The notes beneath the pieces are model-generated. The model did not search any database. It had not been told where the DNA came from and worked only from the letters and a program-made list of their open reading frames with translations. Position numbers and translations under genes: made by a program. Positions 49,831 through 60,216 of a DNA stretch of 64,000 bases are shown in pieces (within the stretch, counting starts at the first letter, position 1; every line of letters starts with the position of its first letter). The DNA is from Alphaproteobacteria bacterium (GTDB lineage Bacteria > Pseudomonadota > Alphaproteobacteria > Bin95), in contig CAXXWS020000002.1 of NCBI GenBank assembly GCA_963665325.3, positions 384,001 to 448,000 of the forward strand. The letters are read 5' to 3'.

Positions 49831-50988
49831 ATGGCAGGAGTGGCATCGCTGCATGACTGGCTGGTCGGGGCGGCGTGGGAATGTTCCTCGCCGGGGGCGT
49901 TGACGGCGGCTTACGGGCAGGCGCTGACCGCGGCGGGCGTTCCGGTCTGGCGGGTGCAGGTGGGGCTGCGCACGCTGCATCCGCTGCTGGTGGCGGAGAA
50001 CCACACCTGGCGGGCGGATGCGGACGGCGTGCAGGTCGCCTACACCACCCGCGAGACGGTGAGTTCGGACGCCTTCCTGCGCAGCCCGCTGGCGCCGCTC
50101 TACGAGGGCGCGGGCGCCATCCGCTGCCGCCTTGCAGGCGAGCATGCCGCGCTCGACTACCCGGTCCTGCACGACCTGGCGGCGGCGGGCGCGACGGATT
50201 ATGCGGCGCTGCCGATGTCCTTTTCCGACGGCCAATTGAACGCGGTGACCTTCGCGACGCGGGACGCCAGGGGGTTCACCACCGAGGCGCTCGGCCGGAT
50301 CAGCGCATCGGTCGGGCTGCTGGGCCGGCTGTTCGAGGTCCATATCCTCCGGGCAACGGCGTGCACCCTGCTCGACACCTATCTCGGCCAGCGCTCGGGG
50401 CGGCGCGTGCTGGAAGGCTCGATCCGGCGCGGCGACGGGGAGGAGATCGAGGCGGCGGTCTGGTTCGCCGACCTGCGCGGCTCGACCGCCATGGCCGAAC
50501 GGCTGCCGCGCGGCCTCTATCTCGACGCGCTCAATACCTTCTTCGATGCGACGGCAGGCTCGGTGGCTGACCGGGGCGGGGAAGTGCTGAAATTCATCGG
50601 CGACGCGGTGCTTGCGATCTTTCCGGTCGAGGGTAGCCGGCCGGATGCCTGCATGCGCGCGCTGGCGGCGGCCCGCGCCGCACTTGCTCGTCTCGACGGG
50701 CTGAACGATTACCGCGATCCGGAATGGCCGGAGCTGCGCGCGGCGCTGGCGCTGCATCTGGGCACGATCAGCTTCGGCAATGTCGGCACGGCTGACCGGC
50801 TCGACTTCACGGCCATCGGCCCGGCGGTCAACGAGACAGCGCGCCTCGCCGAAGCCTGCAAGCAGGCCGGGCGGCCGCTGCTCGCCTCGCACGCCTTTGC
50901 GGCTGCGCTGCCGGATTCCTTCGCGCCGCTAGACCGCTTCCGGCTGCGCGGCGTCGCCGAAGCCATGCAGGTCTTCGTCCCGGTTTGA
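49831..50988 (+). CDS. Class III adenylate cyclase with N-terminal GAF-like region
   Basis: FADLRGST, LKFIGDAVLA, RLDFTAIGPAVN..ARL; Lys/Asp specificity residues indicate ATP. Confidence 0.9.
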   Translation: MAGVASLHDWLVGAAWECSSPGALTAAYGQALTAAGVPVWRVQVGLRTLHPLLVAENHTWRADADGVQVAYTTRETVSSDAFLRSPLAPLYEGAGAIRCRLAGEHAALDYPVLHDLAAAGATDYAALPMSFSDGQLNAVTFATRDARGFTTEALGRISASVGLLGRLFEVHILRATACTLLDTYLGQRSGRRVLEGSIRRGDGEEIEAAVWFADLRGSTAMAERLPRGLYLDALNTFFDATAGSVADRGGEVLKFIGDAVLAIFPVEGSRPDACMRALAAARAALARLDGLNDYRDPEWPELRAALALHLGTISFGNVGTADRLDFTAIGPAVNETARLAEACKQAGRPLLASHAFAAALPDSFAPLDRFRLRGVAEAMQVFVPV

Positions 50989-51064
50989 GCGGAGCAGACG
51001 ACGCCAAGCTGGACGAACGCTCCGCAAAGCGTTAAATATACTACATACTAGAAAGAAGGCTGCC

Positions 51065-51310
51065 ATGCGCACAGTTCCTCTTATGACGGCCAATCAGGAA
51101 TTCTCCAGGCTTGTCCGCGAGGTGGAGCGGGGCGAGTCCGTCGTGATTACCAGGCGAGGCCGCCCGATAGCCAGACTGGTCCCTCACAGCACCGACAAGA
51201 CTGCCGATCCCGACTGGGCGGCGGCTTATCGGAGAATGATGGCGCAGATGAAGGACGGGGCTCCGCTGGGCGGTCTGAAGATCGTGCGGGAAGAGCTTTA
51301 TGACCGTTAG
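51065..51310 (+). CDS. Phd/YefM family antitoxin
   Basis: FSRLVREVERGESVVITRRGRPIARLVP. Confidence 0.92.
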   Translation: MRTVPLMTANQEFSRLVREVERGESVVITRRGRPIARLVPHSTDKTADPDWAAAYRRMMAQMKDGAPLGGLKIVREELYDR

Positions 51311-51758
51311 AGGCCGCTTCTCGCTCGACACCAACATTCTCGTCTATGCGGTGGACCGCAATGCCGGCGAACGGCAACTCCAGGCCGGAGAGCTTGTCGG
51401 GCGGGCGGCGCGGCGCGATTGCGTGCTCACGATGCAGGCGCTGGCCGAGTTCTTTCATGCAACGACGCGCAAGAACCTTCTTTTGCCCGCCCGTGCAAGA
51501 GCGTTCGTCCGGAACTGGTTCGATGTCTTCCAGGTCGTCTCGGCCGATGCCGCAGCACTCGCTGACGCCATGGACGCAGTCGAGGAGCACCGTTTTTCGT
51601 TCTGGGACGCGATGCTCTGGGCCACGGCAAGGCAAAGCGGCTGCTCGGCGCTACTCAGCGAGGACATGCAGGATGGCAGGCGCCTCGGAGGCGTCGAGAT
51701 AATCGATCCCTTCGCTCCTGACGCCGAGACCCGCCTTGAAATGTTGCTGGAGGAATGA
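51300..51758 (+). CDS. PIN-domain (VapC-like) toxin
   Basis: LDTNILVYA, LAEF, FWDAMLWA, LSEDMQDG, DPF. Confidence 0.93.
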   Translation: MTVRGRFSLDTNILVYAVDRNAGERQLQAGELVGRAARRDCVLTMQALAEFFHATTRKNLLLPARARAFVRNWFDVFQVVSADAAALADAMDAVEEHRFSFWDAMLWATARQSGCSALLSEDMQDGRRLGGVEIIDPFAPDAETRLEMLLEE

Positions 51759-51780
51759 GGCCGCGGTCTGCCCCGCGCCG

Positions 51781-52584
51781 TCAGCTTCCCGCGCCGATCA
51801 GCTCCGCATAGGCGTCGTTCACCTCGCCGATGATCTCGTCATGCATGACGCCCATGCAGGACCGGAAGCCGTAGAGCCTGACATTGTCCACCGCATTCAC
51901 AGTCTTGCAGTCGTCATAGGCGCTCCTCGCCATGGACTGGGCATCGGGCGACTCGCGTTCCGGCTCCGACTGGATCCATGCCTTCCGCCGCTCGCGGCGC
52001 GTGGTCGGCCGGTCGGCCGGCACGGCGTTCAGCACGTCGCGCACGATTCGCGTTGCGCCGACCTGGTCGGGATGTTCCTCAATGGCATATTTGGCCGCCT
52101 GGCGCGCAGTCGTGGCGAGGAAAGCGAGGTCATCCTCGTCCTGCCCCCGGGGATCGCCGGCGACCGCCTGCGGCACCAGCATGACGGGTTCGCTGACCTG
52201 CACCGAAAGACGGGTTACCCCATATTCGCGCAGCACGGGCGCCGGAACGGTCAGCATGACGGCGGAGTGGTCGCGCTCCGCGGTCAGTATGGCGCTGCTC
52301 TCAAGCGGCAGCACGATCTTGCCGCCGTCTTCTCGATGGCCGACCAGCCGGATCGCGCCCCGCTGGTCCGCCATCGCCAGAATGTTGTAGCGGTGTCCGA
52401 ATTCGGGATTCGGGCGCTCGGGCTGCAGGCAGAAGGTGGTGATCTCCGCCCGGCAGGCCGCGCCCGAACATGCGAGATGCACCTCTCCGCTGCCGGCAGC
52501 CACCATCAGGGCCTGGGGCGCAGCAGCGGCTCCTCCGGCGGCGAGGGCGAAAGCGGCGGCAAGACCGGGCAACAGACGGCGCAT
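51781..52584 (-). CDS. Secreted Cys-containing hypothetical protein
   Basis: Signal peptide MRRLLPGLAAAFALAAGGAAAA with a GGAGG RBS; C-x4-C-x7-CLQ..R..P; C-terminal C...C...HD. Confidence 0.75.
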   Translation of the reverse strand: MRRLLPGLAAAFALAAGGAAAAPQALMVAAGSGEVHLACSGAACRAEITTFCLQPERPNPEFGHRYNILAMADQRGAIRLVGHREDGGKIVLPLESSAILTAERDHSAVMLTVPAPVLREYGVTRLSVQVSEPVMLVPQAVAGDPRGQDEDDLAFLATTARQAAKYAIEEHPDQVGATRIVRDVLNAVPADRPTTRRERRKAWIQSEPERESPDAQSMARSAYDDCKTVNAVDNVRLYGFRSCMGVMHDEIIGEVNDAYAELIGAGS

Positions 52585-52678
52585 CGGTGTGTTCCTCCTC
52601 CGTACCTCCTGTCGTCCTGCGACAGGACGAACCATGCTGCCCCTCCGGCGGCGGCCCGTCAACGCTGCGCAGACCGGG

Positions 52679-53902
52679 TCAGTCGCCGAGGCTTTTCCAG
52701 TCTATCGGCTTTGTCCGGTCCAGGCTGCGGTCCATGGCGGGCATCGGGTATTTTAGGCCGGTGGCGCAGTTGAAGAGGACCGAGCGGGCGCCGGGGTCGA
52801 TTCGGCCCTCCGCCACCGCGCGCTTCCAGGCCGCATAAGTGGCTGCGCCCTCCGGACAGAGCAGCAGGCCCTCCTCGCGCGCCATGTCAGCCTGGGCCTC
52901 CTCGATCTCGCTGTCCGGCACCGCCACCGCATAGCCGCCGCTCTCGCGCACCGCGTCGAGGATGAGGAAATCGCCGAGCGCGGCCGGCACGCGGATGCCC
53001 ATGGCGATGGTCTCCGCGCCTTCCCAGCGCTCGGCATGGCGTTCGCCGCGCTCGAAGGCGCGCACGATGGGCTGGCAGCCTTCCGCCTGCACCGCGATCA
53101 TTTGCGGGCGCTCCGGGCCGATCAGGCCGATAGCTTCCATCTCGGCAAACACCTTCCACATGCCGATAAGCCCGGTGCCGCCGCCCGTGGGATAGAAGAT
53201 CGCGTCCGGCAGGGTCCAGCCGAACTGCTCGCCGAGCTCCAGGCCCATCGTCTTCTTGCCCTCGATCCGGTAGGGCTCCTTCAGCGTCGAGCAGTCGAAC
53301 CAGCCCATCGCTTCCTTGCCTTCGCCCACGAGCTTGCCGCAATCGTCGATATAGCCGTTCACCCGCCAGACCTCCGCGCCCTGCAGCGCGATCTCGCGCA
53401 CATTCACCTCGGGCGTGTCGGCCGGGCAGAACACGAAGGCCTCCATGCCGGCGCGGCGGCAATAGGCCGCGAGCGCCGCCCCGGCATTGCCGTTGGTCGG
53501 CATGGCGATCCGCCGGACGCCGAGCTCCTTCGCCATGGAGACCGCCATCACCAGCCCGCGCGCCTTGAAGGAGCCCGTCGGCAAACGGCCTTCGTCCTTC
53601 ACATAGAGGCCCTCGCCGGCGCGGGGCACCGGCACGAGCGGCGTCATCTCCTCACCGAGGCTCACGACATTCTCAAGCCGGCGCACTGGCAACAGCTCGC
53701 GGTAGCGCCACATGGTCGGAGCGCGCTTCGCCAGCGCGTCCCGCGTCAGGGACGTTGCGGCACCCTCCAGGTCGTAGCGCACCAGCAGCGGCTTGCCGGC
53801 CGCGGACAGGTTGTGCAGCCGGTCGGCCTCCAGCCGCTCGCCCGTGTAGCCGCATTCCAGATGCGTCGCGAAGCTCCGTGTGTCCGGTGCGTGCGCCTGC
53901 AT
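52679..53902 (-). CDS. thrC: Threonine synthase-like PLP enzyme (short type)
   Basis: MWRYRELLP, SLGE..TP, PTGSFKARG, GNAG, EGKKT, PTGGG, PEGAA. Confidence 0.85.
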   Translation of the reverse strand: MQAHAPDTRSFATHLECGYTGERLEADRLHNLSAAGKPLLVRYDLEGAATSLTRDALAKRAPTMWRYRELLPVRRLENVVSLGEEMTPLVPVPRAGEGLYVKDEGRLPTGSFKARGLVMAVSMAKELGVRRIAMPTNGNAGAALAAYCRRAGMEAFVFCPADTPEVNVREIALQGAEVWRVNGYIDDCGKLVGEGKEAMGWFDCSTLKEPYRIEGKKTMGLELGEQFGWTLPDAIFYPTGGGTGLIGMWKVFAEMEAIGLIGPERPQMIAVQAEGCQPIVRAFERGERHAERWEGAETIAMGIRVPAALGDFLILDAVRESGGYAVAVPDSEIEEAQADMAREEGLLLCPEGAATYAAWKRAVAEGRIDPGARSVLFNCATGLKYPMPAMDRSLDRTKPIDWKSLGD

Positions 53903-53973
53903 CGCCCCCTCCCTTGCGCCGATGGCCGAGCATTAGCAGATTCCGGACCCGACGCCACCGGGAGGAATGCCCC

Positions 53974-55431
53974 ATGCGCCTTGGGATCGCCGAGTTCAGC
54001 CTCGAATCCGTGACCTTCCTGCCCGACACCACGGGCATTGACGTCTTCGAGGAGGGCGCGCTGCGGGGCGCAGACGTGATTTCCGGGAACCGGGGCGCCA
54101 ATACCGCACTCGGCGGGTTCATCGACATTTGCGAGGCTGAAGGCGCGGCCATGCAGGGTATCGTCGCGGTCGGCGCGGGCGCGGCGGCGTCGGCCAGCGA
54201 GGAAGCGCTGGCGCGCTACACGGAGGAGATCGTGGCCGGCCTCGACGGTCTCGACGGGCTGCTGATCCATCTCCACGGCGCGCTCGCGACGCCCGCCGAC
54301 CGCAAGGCGGACGCGCATGTGCTGGCGGCGATCCGGGCCGCGCGCGGGCTGGACTTCCCGGTCGCCTGCGCCATGGACCTGCATGGCAATCTCGGGCCGG
54401 AGGTCATCGGGGCTGCCGATGTCGTGACCGGCTACCATTCCAGCCCGCATGTCGATATGGCCGAGACCGGCCGCCGCGCGGCGCGCATCCTGCTGGCGGC
54501 GATACAAGGCCGCGTCCGCCCGGTCATGGCGTTCGCGAAGCCGGGCGTGATGCTGCCCAGCATCTTCACGGCAACCGCGCTCCGCCCGCTCGCCGATATC
54601 AAGCGGCAGGCGGCGGCCTGGCAGGCGCGCGAGGAGGCTCTGCTGGACGTGTCGGTGTTCTGCGGCTTCGCCTATGCCGATACGCCGGACACCGGCATGA
54701 GCATTGTCACCGTGGCGGACGGCGACGAGGCGCTTGCCCGAAGGGCGGCGGACGACCTGTCGGAGCAATGCAGCCTCAACCGCTTCCGGCTGCTCAAGCG
54801 CGAACTGGTGCACAGCGTCGCGGACGGGCTGGAGAAGGCTGCGGCGATGGAGGACGGGCCGGTCTGCCTGCTGGAACATGCCGACCGGATGAACGACAGC
54901 ACCTGGACGCTGCGCGAGATGCTGGCCCGCGACATGGGCCCCGCCTATGCGCCCTTTTTCTGCGACCCGGAGGCGGCGGCCGCCTGCGTCGCCGCGGGGG
55001 CGGGCGCGCGGCTCAGGCTTGCCTTCGGCGGGCGTTCGTCGGAGAAGGCGGGAGGCCCCGTCGAGGCGGAGGTCGAAGTGCTGGAGGCCGGCGAGAAGCG
55101 CTTCCGCATCACCGGCCCGCTCAAGACCGGGACCGAAATCTCGCTCGGTCCCTCCGCGCTCGTCCGCGCCGGGCAAACCGTAGTCTCGCTCGTCTCCGCC
55201 AACTACTCCGCCATCGACCTCGACTGCTTCACCCAATTTGGCCTTTCGCCGGCCGACTTCCGCTACATCCTGCTGCGCTCGAAGACCCATTTCCGCGAGG
55301 TCTACGAGCCGCTGTGCTCGGCCATCGTCATTCTCGACACGCCCGACTGGGGTCCGGCCGACCTCAACCTCTTGCCTTACGAATACGTTCCGCCGGAAAC
55401 CTTCCCGCTCGGCGAGGGATCGGGCCCATAG
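53974..55431 (+). CDS. M81 family metallopeptidase (MlrC-like)
   Basis: LHGA, DLHGN, Y...PHVDM.E.G, GFAYAD, S.THFR. Confidence 0.88.
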   Translation: MRLGIAEFSLESVTFLPDTTGIDVFEEGALRGADVISGNRGANTALGGFIDICEAEGAAMQGIVAVGAGAAASASEEALARYTEEIVAGLDGLDGLLIHLHGALATPADRKADAHVLAAIRAARGLDFPVACAMDLHGNLGPEVIGAADVVTGYHSSPHVDMAETGRRAARILLAAIQGRVRPVMAFAKPGVMLPSIFTATALRPLADIKRQAAAWQAREEALLDVSVFCGFAYADTPDTGMSIVTVADGDEALARRAADDLSEQCSLNRFRLLKRELVHSVADGLEKAAAMEDGPVCLLEHADRMNDSTWTLREMLARDMGPAYAPFFCDPEAAAACVAAGAGARLRLAFGGRSSEKAGGPVEAEVEVLEAGEKRFRITGPLKTGTEISLGPSALVRAGQTVVSLVSANYSAIDLDCFTQFGLSPADFRYILLRSKTHFREVYEPLCSAIVILDTPDWGPADLNLLPYEYVPPETFPLGEGSGP

Positions 55432-55439
55432 CTGAAGGC

Positions 55440-55865
55440 CGAAAATCGTTCGCATGTTTTGAGAAATAATTCCGGAAATAGATTGACAACGGAAAAGTCC
55501 GTGCCAATATGGGGCTGGAAGAGGCGGCATCCGCGGGGCCGCTTCGTCACCCGGTTGGCGCCGGCGCGAAAAAAGTTCCGAGAAACAGACAGGAGAAGTG
55601 CGCCTGCGCGCGCGCAGGCGCAATCAGGCGCGCGAACCGCGCCGGCGCTAACGGGCGGGCACGGGCGCGCGCGATACGCGCGGAAAAGGGTCGCCCCTGC
55701 CGCGAGCCGGCCGTCGCGAATGAAACAAAATGGGAATAAAGCACGACATGCAGGATGCAGACTGGAGGGGCTTCGGCGAGGCCCGCAGCAAGGGGCGCGG
55801 CGCAGCGGAAGAAGGGACGCGACGCAACGGAACATGACATCGCATGACATTTCATGACATCCCGG
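55440..55865 (+). other. Structured intergenic element (candidate ncRNA or MITE-like repeat)
   Basis: TTGACA (55483)-N16-CAATAT (55505), multiple GC-rich stems, a 24-bp perfect palindrome at 55599-55622, and CATGACAT three times at 10-bp period; no credible ORF. Confidence 0.55.
55833..55860. repeat. CATGACAT three times, 10-bp period
   Basis: catgacat-cg-catgacat-tt-catgacat. Confidence 0.9.
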
Positions 55866-55948
55866 TGGAGTGGGCCGGTCTCGCCGTTCTGGCGGGATTC
55901 TGTATGATGGTCTGCTTGGAGCAGTCTTTGCGGGAGAGGAAGCGGGAC

Positions 55949-56980
55949 ATGTTGAAGACACGGTTTGCCGCCGCGTTCCGGCGGTCAGTGCTGGCGCTGC
56001 TGGCGGGAGCGACGGCCGTCGCCGGCACGGCAGTTGCGGCGGACGACAAGATCAAGGTGGGGGCGCTGCGTTTCACCTCCCACTCCGCGAGCTTCATCGC
56101 CTTCGAGAAGGGCTACTTCAAGGAGGCCGGGCTGGACGTCGAGTTCGTATATTTCCAGGCCGCCGCGCCCATGGCCGTCGCCATTGCATCCGGCGACATC
56201 GACTACGGCGTGACCGCCATCACCGGCGGGCTCATCAACCTTGCCGACAAGGACGCCATCAAGATCATCGGCGGGGCGCTGCATGAGGAGGAGGGGATCG
56301 ACGGGTCCGCGATCCTCGTTTCCGATGCGGCGTTCAAGGACGGCGTGACCACACCGGCGAAGCTGGCCGGGCGCAGCTTCGGCATCACCCAGACTGGCTC
56401 TTCCTTCCATTACATGGCGGCGCGCATTGCCGAGAAGGAAGGCATTGCGATGGACCAAATCGCGCTCAAGCCCCTGCAGAAGGTCGGCGCGATCATCGGG
56501 GCGCTCAAGTCCGGCCAGATCGACGCCTGGGCCATCGTGCCGCATATCGCCAAGGCGCTCGCCAAGGGCGGCGCGGTCCACATCATCGGATGGGTCAACG
56601 ACTATGCACCCGACTACCAGGTGACGACGGTGTTCACGTCGGCGGAGAATGCAGCGGAGAAGCAGGATCTGACGAAACGGTTCCTCGCCGCCTTCTCGCG
56701 CGGCGGGGCCGACTTCAACGCGGCGCTGGTGGACAAGACCGCCGGCGAGGAGGTTGCGGAAGAGACGGTCAAGCTCATCCACAAATATGTCTATACCAGC
56801 CGGCCTTACGAGAAGGCTGCGCCGTCGATTCGTAACGGCGCGATGCGGCTCAACGAAGGTGCGAAGCTGAACCTGTCGAGCGTCCAGGCGCAACTCGACT
56901 GGTTCAAGGCCGAAGGGCTGGTCAAGGGCGAGATCGGCATCGACAAGCTGGTGGACGGGAGCTACGTCGAAACCTACTGA
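55949..56980 (+). CDS. ABC transporter substrate-binding protein (NitT/TauT/SsuA family)
   Basis: Signal peptide; IAFEKGYFKEAGLDVE, ASGDID, GS..HY, LKSGQIDA. Confidence 0.92.
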   Translation: MLKTRFAAAFRRSVLALLAGATAVAGTAVAADDKIKVGALRFTSHSASFIAFEKGYFKEAGLDVEFVYFQAAAPMAVAIASGDIDYGVTAITGGLINLADKDAIKIIGGALHEEEGIDGSAILVSDAAFKDGVTTPAKLAGRSFGITQTGSSFHYMAARIAEKEGIAMDQIALKPLQKVGAIIGALKSGQIDAWAIVPHIAKALAKGGAVHIIGWVNDYAPDYQVTTVFTSAENAAEKQDLTKRFLAAFSRGGADFNAALVDKTAGEEVAEETVKLIHKYVYTSRPYEKAAPSIRNGAMRLNEGAKLNLSSVQAQLDWFKAEGLVKGEIGIDKLVDGSYVETY

Positions 56981-57002
56981 CCCGCCGGACGGAGGCCGCG
57001 CG

Positions 57003-57762
<760 letters not shown>

Positions 57763-57770
<8 letters not shown>

Positions 57771-58566
57771 GCCCGAGAGCGGCGGCCGCCCGGTTGCGTT
57801 CCGGGGCGGCGGATTCTCGCCGCGCCGTCTGGGGGCCGTCGGGCCGATGGTTTTCATTGCTGTCATTGCGCTCTGGGAGGCCGGGTGCCGCGCGGGCGTC
57901 ATTCCGCCGCTGGTGTTGCCGGCTCCCTCCGAGGCGCTGGCTGCGCTTGTGTATCTGGTCGAAACGGGCCTGCTCTGGAAGCATCTCGGCGCCTCGCTGC
58001 AGCGGCTCTTGCTCGGCTGGACGCTCGGAACGCTGCTCGGCATCGCAGTCGGCTTTTCCATCGGGCTGTTCTCGCTCGCCCGCGCGGGCCTGGCCCCGGT
58101 GGTCGCCGCCATATTCCCGATCCCGAAGATCGCGCTGCTGCCGCTCTTCGTGATCTGGTTCGGCATAGGCGAGGGGTCGAAGGTGGCGACCATCCTGTTC
58201 GGCACCTTCTTCCCGACGGTGGTCGCGACATACGGCGGCGTGGACAATGTGGACCGCGGGCTGATCCGGATGGGGCAGTCCTTCGGGCTCTCCTGGCTGT
58301 CCATCGTGCGCAAGATCATCCTGCCCGGCGCCCTGCCGGCGATCCTGCCGGGGTTCCGCATTTCGGCCGCCATAGCCATCGTGCTGCTCGTCGCAGCCGA
58401 GATGATCGGCGCCGAGTTCGGGATCGGCGCTTATATCCTGCTGGCCGGCAGCCTCATGGCGATGGACGAACTGCTGGCCGGCGTCGCGGTTCTCTCCGTC
58501 ATGGGGCTGACCGTGAACTGGCTGATCGCGCGGGCCGAGCGCTTCCTGCTCAGGTGGCGGACATGA
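57763..58566 (+). CDS. ABC transporter permease (NitT/TauT)
   Basis: LPAPS, PIPKIALLPL..WFGIGE, LVAAEMIG. Confidence 0.95.
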
Positions 58567-58612
58567 GCACCGGCAGTTGACGAGGGACCGTGCCGGGCCT
58601 ATTCGGTCGGCC

Positions 58613-59575
58613 ATGCCCGAGATCGCCCGAGACCTGCTGCGCGAAGCCGCCTCAGAGATCATGACGCGCGCGGCAATCGAAATCCCGCGCGACTACCGCG
58701 ACGGCATTCGCGGCATGCTGGAGCGCGAGCAGCACGAGCTGTCGCGCTTCGTGCTGGAGGCGATGCTGGAGAACTGGGAGGCGGCGGAGGCCGACCGCCG
58801 CGCCATGTGCGCTGACACCGGCGTGCCGCGCTTCTATGTGAAGTCCGGCAACGAGGCGCGGCCGGAAGGCGGGTTCGTCGCGCTGGAGGAGGCCATCCGG
58901 TCTGCCACCGCCGAGGCGACGCGCACCGTGCCGCTGCGTCCGAACCGCGTGCATCCGCTCTGGCGCACCGACCACGACAACAATGTCGGCATCAACGCGC
59001 CGGAGATCGAATACAGCTTCGAGCCGGACGCGGACTGGATCGAGATCACCACCGTCCACAAGGGCGGGCTGTTCGGCACCGACTACCGCATGCTCTTTCC
59101 CGCCGACGGCATCGACGGCATCAAGCGCTTCTTCCTCGACACGCTGGTGCAGTTCGGGCGGCGCGGACTCGCCTGCCAGCCGGCTATCGTCGGCATCGGG
59201 CTCGGCGGGTCGAAGGACACCTCCATGACGCTCGGCAAGCAGGCGGCGTGCCTGCGCCCGGTCGGCGAGCCCAATCCCGATCCCGGCATCGCGAAGCTGG
59301 AGGCGGAGCTCAAGGAGCTCGGCAACAATATCGGCATGGGGCCGATGGGCTTCGTCGGCTCCTCCATGGTGATCGACTGCCATGTCGAGGTCGGCTACAC
59401 GCACACTGGCGGCATGCCGATCAGCGTGCATTGCTTCTGCCTCTCCTCGCGCCGGGCGACGGCGCGGGTCCATGCCGGCGGCGAGGTCGAATATCGCAGC
59501 GACCCACGCTGGTTCACGCCCTATATGCGCCGGGAGACGGTCGGGTGGCAGCAGCCCCTCGCACGCACCGCCTGA
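58613..59575 (+). CDS. Fe-S hydro-lyase alpha subunit (tartrate dehydratase/fumarase family)
   Basis: MCADTG, PLRPN, HKGG, ACQP..VGIGLGG, GMGPMG..G, C...RR. Confidence 0.88.
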   Translation: MPEIARDLLREAASEIMTRAAIEIPRDYRDGIRGMLEREQHELSRFVLEAMLENWEAAEADRRAMCADTGVPRFYVKSGNEARPEGGFVALEEAIRSATAEATRTVPLRPNRVHPLWRTDHDNNVGINAPEIEYSFEPDADWIEITTVHKGGLFGTDYRMLFPADGIDGIKRFFLDTLVQFGRRGLACQPAIVGIGLGGSKDTSMTLGKQAACLRPVGEPNPDPGIAKLEAELKELGNNIGMGPMGFVGSSMVIDCHVEVGYTHTGGMPISVHCFCLSSRRATARVHAGGEVEYRSDPRWFTPYMRRETVGWQQPLARTA

Positions 59576-60216
59576 GCACCCCGGTCTCGCCGGAGGCGCT
59601 GAAAGAGCTCGCCATCGGCGACATCGTCTATCTTGATGGCGTTATCTATACCGGCCGCGAGGGGCTCTACCGCCGGGTGGTGGACGAGGGCATGGCGCCG
59701 CCGGTCGATCTCAGGGCGCTCAGCAATGTGAACTTCCACTGCTCGCCGGCAGCGAGCGTGCGTGACGACGGCAGCCTGAACCTCGGTGCGGTAACGGCAA
59801 CGGCGAGCTTCCGCTTCTCGCGCTTCATGGAGCGCTTCTTCGAGCTTTCCGGCGCGAAGGTCATCGTGGGCAAGGGCGGCATGTCCGAGGCCGACTACCG
59901 CGACCTCTTCGTGCCGAACGGGGCGGTCTATCTCACCACGGTCGGCTACGGCACGGGCGCGCTGCTCGGGCGCGGCGTTACGCGCGTGCAGGCGGCGCAC
60001 TGGCTGGAGGACCTCGGCATCGCGCAGGCGGTCTGGGTGCTGGAAGTCAGCCGCTTTGGCCCGCTGCTGGTTGAAAGCGACCTCTTGGGCAACAGCCTGT
60101 TCGAGCGCGAGAACCGCGCCACGGCCGCTGCCGTCGAGCGCGCCTATGCCGGTCTCAAGCCGCCCTCCCTCTCCCGCTACGGCGAGACCGTCTCGCGCGG
60201 GGACGAGGTGCTTTAG
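59545..60216 (+). CDS. Fe-S hydro-lyase beta subunit (fumarase C-terminal family)
   Basis: GTG start with GGGAG RBS; L.IGD.VYLDG.IYTGR, FHCSP, TAS.R, GKGG, FGPL.V..D..GNSL. Confidence 0.88.
   Translation: MAAAPRTHRLSTPVSPEALKELAIGDIVYLDGVIYTGREGLYRRVVDEGMAPPVDLRALSNVNFHCSPAASVRDDGSLNLGAVTATASFRFSRFMERFFELSGAKVIVGKGGMSEADYRDLFVPNGAVYLTTVGYGTGALLGRGVTRVQAAHWLEDLGIAQAVWVLEVSRFGPLLVESDLLGNSLFERENRATAAAVERAYAGLKPPSLSRYGETVSRGDEVL

Noticed and set aside
49831-50988. Pycsar/CBASS-type defence cyclase
   Set aside because: It has the ordinary ATP-specifying residues (K in LKFIGD, D in RLDFT) and the common alphaproteobacterial architecture, with no cyclic-nucleotide-binding effector beside it
55440-55740. 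Alphaproteobacterial LexA boxes (GTTC-N7-GTTC) in the element and upstream of mntA
   Set aside because: Only degenerate half matches were found (e.g. AAAC-N7-GAAT), which is not supportable
55459-55961. ORFs predicted across the 55.4-55.9 kb intergenic element and the N-terminal extension of the SBP from 55844
   Set aside because: They have no RBS or motifs and their composition is dictated by palindromes; the SBP signal peptide starts at ATG 55949
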